From Eimeria praecox (Eukaryota), in NCBI GenBank assembly GCA_963920595.1, contig OY986948.1, positions 3,844,001 through 3,908,000 on the forward strand: a stretch of DNA of 64,000 bases, given 5' to 3'. The notes below the pieces were generated by a model. It did no database searches. It was not told the DNA's origin and saw only the letters and a list, made by a program, of their open reading frames with translations. Position numbers and translations under genes: made by a program. Of this stretch, positions 55,469 to 64,000 are shown piece after piece (the first letter of the stretch is position 1; each line of letters opens with the position of its first letter).

Positions 55469-58303
55469 CTTTTCGTAAAAAATAATATATATTTATAAAG
55501 AATTAATAAGAAAATCAATAGAAACAAACAAAAAAATACAAAAAATACAATACGCACGATATAATGAGTAAGATCAAACCCTCCTCATGTAGCATGCCAT
55601 ACGAAACTCAACCCTAAGACACACATACAAACACAAAAACACACGAAAATCCACACAAAAAAACATTTCAAAAGAAAATGAATACAATAACAGCACCAGA
55701 GACAATAATTTAAAGCGATAGTAGAAGCCCCTTACTAATTCAAAAACGCCGTATATGTATATATATGTAGTATATCAACCGACGACCCCCAGCCAATGAA
55801 TGCATAGAGGCAATCTAAGGATTTAGCCTGCAATTTGGGCCTTTAGAAAGATTTAAAGAAACAAAAATAAGAAAAAAAAACAAATAATTTGCGAGCAAAT
55901 TAGAGATGAAGCCAACAGCCTTCCATGGGTGGGGTTGTTGTTATCACCACCACCCACGCCTAGCAGGAAGGCCGAACAGGAGGGGAGGAAACACACGTAA
56001 ACAAACCATAAACAGGGTTTTTCATGAATAAAATTAGATTTAATAAGTATATTAAAGCTTATTATGCAAATAATCGAGACAGATCAAACTCCAGAAACCC
56101 ACAGACTACATCAACACACCTCCTCAGTAGTAGACTACAGGGGTGTGTGCATCTGTGCCTCCCTTGGTGCAGCCTGTACGCCGCTGTACAGACAATCCAC
56201 GGCATTTAAATTAGCAGATACTTTGTATTTGATCTCTCAAATCCATAATTCAGCTGTTGCTGCAGCGAGGCGCGGCGGCCTGCCCTCAGTAGGATATGTC
56301 TACGTGGCATGTGTAGAGAGGCGCCCGATCTTACTGTAAAGAACCTTCGTAAGCTGCAGTAGAGCTTATACACTTGAGAAGAAATATTATTAAAAGCAGA
56401 TTATCTCAGCCCCGACAAGGACAGAACGCCCTAGGGATGCTCTGTCGTGAGGTTTGTATGGAGGGCATTGTCTGTAATTCGTTGCAACAACTACTGCAGC
56501 GAAAGAAAGAATAAATATGCATGCATATTCATGCCTCTTTTTGATGCATGCATGAACACAACACAGAATTGTTAGATATCTGCCTGGCTATCAACAGCCA
56601 TTCAACCTCTAGACGAGTTGAAACACTTGTTTGAACGACTCTAGCAGAGTAGAAAGCAGGAAGCTGATATCCTTGCTTTCTGGTCTTTCTACAGATTCGA
56701 TGCATCTGGGGGTTTTATTCATTTGCTAGCAGTGCAGGCTTTGCATGCATTAGTAGCCTTGGCCCCTGCTATTTCTCACAAACTCACCTGCATGTCTCTG
56801 TCTGTTTCTTTATAATCGTACAACTAGAATCCTTAGCCTTAGAGCAGGAGAGGAGGGTGGTGGTGAAGGAGAGCTGGCACGTCTTTGCTGATTGCCCTCT
56901 AAGATTTTATTCTATTCCCTCTATTCTATTCTATTAGGATAGAATTGTTCTATTCCTTTCTTAAGGCTTTCTTAGTACAATGGTCGGAGAGCCCGCCCCC
57001 CAGGTGCAGCCTTCCTTGCTATAACTGCTCGAGCAAGGCAACCACACAAAGAAATGTACTAGCGAGGCCAATTCCCCCCTTCGATGCATGCAAGAAGACA
57101 GAGGGAAGTCGTTGAAGACTTGAGCGGCTTCTTCCAACTTCCTGCATGCACATTAAAGTTGATGCATTTATCTATCTGATCCCGAAGATTGGCATCCTAA
57201 TGTGTTCAAACCAAGAAAGCTGCATTTGTTTTGTTCCTCTTCATGATGATTTAGGGCTAATCTTCAAGCATTAGACTCAGCAACTATCAAACAAGGATGC
57301 TGCTTCAGGCTTCTTTGTCTCTAAGAGAAGAGTCTGTATGGCCGCTGTAGCCAGCATATTTCCTTTCATATAGTAAATGTGGCTGTTGGTAAGAAACAGA
57401 AGAGAGAAGATCTCAGTCAAATTCAGCATTAGGGTGTATCCATTCATCCGGATCGCTCTATCTTTTCTTTCGTTGCCTGCCGCCGGGGCGCACATACAAA
57501 GCCATGAGAATTTACTAAGCTGGCTGCAGCATGCATGCAGCATTTAGTCTTTGTCTTCATAGTTTTTATATAAAAGATTCAACAACTTCACTTCTACGGC
57601 AAACACTTCGTTCCTTCCTTGAACAACAGCTCTTCATCCTTCGCGTATTTGCAAGGAGGGCTCAAGTTAAAGGCGGCATAACAAACAGAATCAAAGCCTC
57701 CTCTACAAATTACTTTATTGTCTTCACGCAAGCAACTGCCAAAGACAACACATTTTCTACAACCAGTGCATCGTATTTTACTCATTCTTCGTACCCATCA
57801 ATCTGTTAACAGACGACTTCAGTTCATTTCTCCTTTAAGACTATGTTTAGAAACAGTTGTGTCTTCGGAACAGTTGAGGTAACTGCTGAGAGCTAGTGTG
57901 GCTTTCTCTTTCTATTACAGGGTTATGATGCTGCACCAGTATCCCCAATATTTAGATAGCCTTGAGTTTTCTTCTTTAATATTACACTCTTAACCTATGA
58001 TAACACAAAACCCTCCATGCTGCCAACGTTTCTCCACAATTACTGAGCTCTATCCCTTCTGCTGCTTTGGGGATGGTTTTCTACATCCTCGCGAAATAAA
58101 AGAAAAGATGTAACTTTCTGGAAGACGCGAAGTACACTACCATTGATATAATAACCCTTTAATATTTTATATCAACAGCCCCTATGGCCTAGCGGATTGG
58201 AGTGGGAAGAACAAAAAGACTCCACTGATTAGTACAAGTGAGAAGTATAGCCCTGTAATATATAGTTAGTAAGTACCTCCTAACACTCGATTAGTTGTAG
58301 AGG

Positions 58304-58373
<70 letters not shown>

Positions 58374-59773
58374 TAGTTTCTTCTAGAACTATATATACAG
58401 AGAGAAATGCATTATACGTGATTTCACATGTGTTTCGTTAGCTTCTGTAGTTTTAAGATATGAAATCACAAGTTGCAAAGATCACAGGAAGGCCACGCCT
58501 CCGATCAAGGGCGGTGACCCTCACCAGGGGAGAGAGAAAGATTACAGGGAAGCCTCCAGAGTATAAAATGCTTATTTTATATCTTTTGTTGTACTATCAT
58601 GCGAAAACGGAGCAAAATAAAGTTGTATAGAGTCAGATTTCACTGGGTTCATTCGTAATCACTCCGACAACGACGCTACATCCTAGTACTGGAGGCGAAA
58701 ATACCCACAGCGGTAATTTAGCGTATAAAATGCAGCCCAATAATATACAAAAATTGTATATTTTTATATAAATGGGCTTATTAATTGATTATTTTGGCGC
58801 ATTTGCAACAGGAAACTCCCAACGGTTAGCACGGTCCGCGCGACCACGCGGCGGTCAAGCACCCACTACAAACGCATTCAACCGAGAATCCCACTGAAAA
58901 ATAATGTAGATTCATATATAAAAGACTCGTTAAATGATAATTTCAAGGCAAACTTGAGAAGAAGGCTCTCACTTATCCAGTTACCCTAATGGTCCGTCGC
59001 CTGACCGGTCATGCTCATGGGTCACATGGATCTTGCGGGTATGAAATTTGTATTATTCTGATTAAAATTATTGAAAACAGACTTGTTAACAGCTTTGAAG
59101 CCACGTTTGCAAAATATAAGCTAGCCAGGACCACATAGTGCCACCTCAACTGAACCACCCGTCACCAGGGGCCCCGCCGGGCCATCGCGGCTCGTGAAGT
59201 TCAGCTTGTCCTCCTCTGTATAAAACTTATCGATTCTGAGTCTTAATTGCCACATATTAAATAAACTGGCACATGTTTTTGTTTCCTTTGTCTAAAGAGT
59301 GATTGACTGATTGGCTGAACCCTTCGTCGGAGTCAACTGACTCGTACTTTGGGTTCTTCAGAAGCTGCACTGCCCCCAGCTAGGCAATTTATTTTGCTCT
59401 GTCTGCTGTAGAGTAGGGTCTTTCCAGCTTCTTTTAAGCCTAAGTTTTGTCTCCTTTGGCCTTTTACTGACTGTTTCAGCCCGGAAAGCGTGTTACTCCC
59501 GAACGAGCATATCGTGCAGACACTGAAACCGCTATTGTGAAATCGTGTGCAGGAGGTTCAATTCAGATTCTGTCATAAGGTGTTCATTAAAAATAAAAGA
59601 GAAAGATTCAAATTGCCGGGGGATCTCTCAATTTCGGGGGGGTGCAGGTTCACCACGTCTACGTAGCCATCTACAAACGACGAATTCCCCTTCGAAATTT
59701 CGACGCCTACTCTTTTTTACTGTGTCCTTCTCAGTATACACCCTGCAGAATCTGTTGTTTTTAGTAAAGTAAG

Positions 59774-61041
59774 ATGCCGCGCAAGAGGTCTCACGACTCG
59801 TTCCTATGTGAGCTCTTGCCAGGCCAGCTCCTCGATGGCTGTTCAGTTTATCTCCTTAAGCTGGCCCTTGACAGGATCTTTGCTGCCCTAAGCAAGGCAA
59901 ATAGTACTGGAGAGGAAGAGATACAAAGGCTGGAAAGATATGAAACAGGGCAGCACTTGTTGCAACAGTTGCAGCAGCAGGCGAGGCATCAGGATCTGCA
60001 GAGGTTCTCTGAAGATCTCTCCCAGGGGGAGCACCAAGGCCTGTACAGCTTGAATATATGGGGGAAACAAAAGCTGTTCCTGGAATCGCGGCAAGCGGTG
60101 CAGGCAGAAGTAAGAGATACTCTGCAGCAACAACGCCAGCTACTCGAGGCCTATGACAAGCAAATCCAGCACCAGCAGCAGCGCTCCCTGCGCGCTATCG
60201 ACTTAATACAGCGAGAGAAAAAGGCTTTTCATAATTCGACAATCCTTGAAGAGACACAGCAGAATGTTTTGTTCAGGTTTCATCAGCGAGAGCAGCTGCT
60301 GCTTTTACGGGTGAGGAGGGAACAGCAACTGCAGCAGGTTCTCCACATAGTCCTAAGCCGCTGCATGCATCTGCAGCAGCAGATCGAGGACCTCAAGCAA
60401 CGACAGCAGCAGCAGCTGCTGGCGTTTTATCATGGGGGAATCGAGGCTTTGAGGAGACGAGAAGCTTCAGCCTCCCTTCTTCGCTGTCCCTGGCAAATCC
60501 CCGTCGTTACAGCCCATGACGATGTTGCATGCGAAGTCTTTGCTACGCATGAATGGCTACGAGACGTAGTAGGAGGAGCTTCGTTTAGAACATCAGCATC
60601 ATGTAGCAGCAACGCCAGCACAACTGCAAGCAGCAGCAGTAGCAGCAGCAGCAGCAACAGCAGCACTAATCGCAACAATCTAACAACCCTCCACCAGGCA
60701 GCAGGCCAGCATCGTGGGCGGCCTTTGGTGCTTCGGGGGTCCTTTGCTCGTAGTATGCGAAGTTTTGATGGAGATGCGAGACAACGAACATATCCTCCGT
60801 CTCGTCGGCAGCAGCAGCATTTGAATGAAGAGCTGAGTGCATACACTGCAACAGCCAGCAAACATGACAGAGCTGGAGCTGCTCTACATCAACAGCAATA
60901 TATGAAAGAGCATCAAAGATATCTCAAAGATTTGAAAGAAGATTCCTCTAGTCAAGCGCAGCCTACTTTGCAAGAACATCCTAGACAACAATCTCAACAA
61001 CAAACCGCAAAGCCCGAAGGACTGGTGGCCCTGCAGCTCAG

Positions 61042-61095
<54 letters not shown>

Positions 61096-62325
61096 AGTGG
61101 AGGATCTAGAAGTGGACGAGGCTGGCATGGAGTTACTGCAGCAGCAGCAGCAGCAGCAGCAGCAGTCCGATGAGAACGACTCGCCTGTTGCCTTTACTTT
61201 GAATGAAGATGGAGATGTCTGCGATGCTGCATACGACGGATCGAGCGGCAGCTCAGAGCTGCAGGGAGATAGCACAAAACATCGAGAGCATTTGCAGCAA
61301 ACAGAGTCGGCGCTGCAGCGGGAGAATGAACAGAAACTCCATACTTTGTTGCTTCAACACAAAGAACTGCAAGAGTTAGAAAGATGTATTTATGTGGCCT
61401 TAGCAACTGAAGAAAACGCAGGTGTTGTGAGCTCCTTCGAGGCTCACCTGCAGCAGCAGCAACAACAGCAACAGCAGCAACATCAACAGCAGCAGCAGCA
61501 ACAACAGCAGCAAGTAGCAGCTGAAATGCATCGAAGGAGCTGTAAGCTCTTGGAGTTGTGTTCTCGACTATCTCCCGATACACTACAGAGAGAGCAGATG
61601 AAGAACAGGCCCCCCGCTCAACCGTTAGAGGCGGAGCTGCAGCTTCTACGTGAGATGCATGCAGCTTTGGGGTGTCTGCTTGACGATAGACAGCAAGAAA
61701 ATGCTTCTACTCAGCAGCCGCAGCAGCAGCAGCAGCAGCAGCAGCAAATGCAGCATATGAAGTTAACATATCAGCTGCAGCAGCTAGAACAGCTTCCTAG
61801 CATAACCCCACATGCACGAAGAGCTGTAGGCTGCATCCTCGGCGAGCTGCGTCATAGTCGTGAAGGCCAGCAGCAGCAGCAGCAGCAGCAGCAAGATAAT
61901 CTGATGTCGTGGAGGCAGCAGCGGCAGCACAAACACCATGAAGTCATGTATGCTGCTGCCCTGCGAGAAGTAGAAAGCTTTGTTTTGTGGCGGCTACAAG
62001 AACTGCAGCAAGGACAAGAGCAGCAGCAGCAGATGCAGCAACAGCAGCAGCAGCAGATGCAACAACAGCAGCAGCTGCAGCAGGAAGGAGATACCCTCCT
62101 CCAACAAGAGCAGACACAACTGCTGCAGCAGCAGCAAAACCTTATGAGCAAGACAGCATCTATGCAGCAGCCATATTGTCAGCAGCATATATCGAAATAC
62201 GCTGCAGCAAAATTAGAAAAAGAGCCACATTACAAACAGTTGTGGGAAGGAGTTGAGTTGCTGCAGACAGCAGTACAGAGCATCTCTGCTGCAAACAAAA
62301 GCTGCAAGGAGAGCCGCAAGTGTAG

Positions 62326-62357
<32 letters not shown>

Positions 62358-62681
62358 ACAGCAACAGAAAGGGGGAGACACAACTGCTGCTGTCTCCGCG
62401 GTGGTCTCCCGTATACGCTCTCTTCTGTCCTACCCTGGGGATTGCTGCAGCTGCAAGAGGTAGCGGCTTCGTCTCATGCGCTGCAGCAGCAGCACCTGCA
62501 GCAGCAGCACCTACAGCAGCAGCACCTGCAGCAGCAGCACCTACAGCAGCAGCACCTACAGCAGCAGCATCTACAGTACCAACTACAGCAGCAGCAACCG
62601 ACAATTGCCTTCGGCCCATGGAGAACTGCCAGCAGAGGGGAGAGAAGATCCCCCGAGAACGAGCAGCAAAAGGAGATGCTC

Positions 62682-62718
<37 letters not shown>

Positions 62719-63047
62719 AATCAGGGAGCCCACAGCGCAGGCGCCAGGCATCCTCGTCTCCAACATGTGTATTGATACATCAACAGCAGCACAACCAGCA
62801 GCAGCAGCAGCAGCAGCAACAGCATCAGAAGCAGCTTTAGCTTCTTCAAGTGGCATTCCGTGGAACACAGCAGCAGCAACAGCGACAGCAACAACAGCAG
62901 CACAAGCAGCAGCAACAGCAGCAACAGCAGCAGCAGCAGAAACTGCGGCAGTAGCATCAACTAGTGCTCCTTTCGGAATCCTGCGGGAGAATTCGTTGCA
63001 CCCTCAGGTACAGATTCAAGGGCCTACAGCACCAGCGATATCAGGGG

Positions 63048-63081
<34 letters not shown>

Positions 63082-63760
63082 AGCAGCAGCAGCAGCAGCA
63101 GCAGCAACATTGATGCCAGGAATGACAGCTGCAAAAGATGCAACAGACTTCCGTGCTGCAAGCCCTCAGAGAGAGGAGAAAGAATTAGATCTAAGGCGAG
63201 AGCAGATCTTACAGCAGCAGCAGCAGCAGCACTACACTCAGAGACTACAGAACTGGAAGCAGCAGCAGCTGCTGCTGCAGCCGCAGCTACAGCCGCAGCT
63301 ACAGCCGCAGCTACAGCCACAGCAACTGATGCTGCAGCTGCCCATGCAGCAGCAGCAGCAGCAGCATCGAATACAGCAACAACAGCAGCAAATGCTCTTC
63401 CAGAGGAGGCAGCTCTTGCAGCTCCACCAACAGCAACTGCAGCAGCAGCAGGTAGCTAATCAGGCGCAGCAGTTGTCAGTATTGTGCCAAGACAAGCAGC
63501 AGCTGTTGCTGCAGCAACACCATCTGCGCCAGCAGCACAAACTGCAGCAGCAGCTGCTTCAGCAACAACAGTTTCAGCAGCAGCAACAGCTGCAACTCCA
63601 CCTGCAGCAGACGACGCAGTGGCAGCAGCCCTCTGAAGACATACCTAGCCCTCAACAAGCACAGATGGCCTGCAATCAGCAGCAACAGCAGCAGCAGCAA
63701 CAGCAGCAGCAGCAACAGCAACAGCAGCAGCAACAGCAACAGCAGCAGCAGCAACAGCAA

Positions 63761-63792
<32 letters not shown>

Positions 63793-64000
63793 GCAGATGT
63801 GGCAGCAGATGCAGCAAACGCGCAAGTGGCAACTGAACAGCTACAACCTTGCGGCTTCTGCAGCTAACGAAACTGCAGCAGGTTTTGCTGCCTCTGCAGC
63901 AGAGGCTGTGGGAGGCTTTGCTTATGATGATGAGCTTGGGGCATTCGCCTCTTCTCGTCTCAGTGCTTTTGCTGCGTCGAGCTGCTGCAGCCAGCAGCAG
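59774..64000 (+). CDS. Large Gln-rich, coiled-coil-like hypothetical protein, 3'-truncated by the window edge (at least 1409 codons)
   Basis: Manual translation from ATG 59774 (MPRKRSHDSFLCELLPGQLLDGCSVYLLKLALDRIFAALSKANSTGEEEIQRLERYETGQHLLQQ..) finds no stop codon through 64000. Absent from the ORF track, presumably because it has no stop in the window. Confidence 0.8.

Noticed and set aside
57277..57809. Short ORFs in the repeat-poor segment, including a Cys-containing 63-aa ORF
   Set aside because: Short, overlapping, with no recognisable domain or supported splice structure

Overview
Eukaryotic, intron-rich DNA with the hallmarks of an Eimeria-type coccidian (Apicomplexa) genome: pervasive CAG/CTG trinucleotide runs encoding Ala/Gln/Ser homopolymers, interstitial telomere-like (AAACCCT)n arrays mostly in introns, TGCATGCA palindromes, and AT-rich intronic microsatellites. 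Most of the ORF track is repeat-derived noise. By manual splicing (phase-checked GT/GC-AG junctions) I can support these genes: a SYP7-like syntaxin (+, 199-6216); a giant predicted ~4,700-aa membrane-anchored protein with Cys-rich modules and C-terminal SEA-like repeats (-, 27460-8594, possibly two genes); a HIRIP3/CHZ-type histone chaperone whose introns are filled with telomeric heptamers (-); UTP6 (-); a BAP31-like ER protein (-); a SKIP31-like F-box protein with a UL92-like Cys/His domain (+); a degenerate CDC48-clade double AAA+ ATPase (-); EB1 (-); and a >1,400-codon Gln-rich ORF missing from the track that runs off the right edge (+, from 59774). About 55.5-59.7 kb is abruptly repeat-poor. 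The most notable observations are the giant protein, a dispersed ~14-20-bp palindrome (GGTGTAnnnACACC) in both exons and non-coding DNA, and oppositely oriented intronic telomeric arrays flanking frame-preserving small exons. All family assignments come from motif recognition by eye; no database searches were run.
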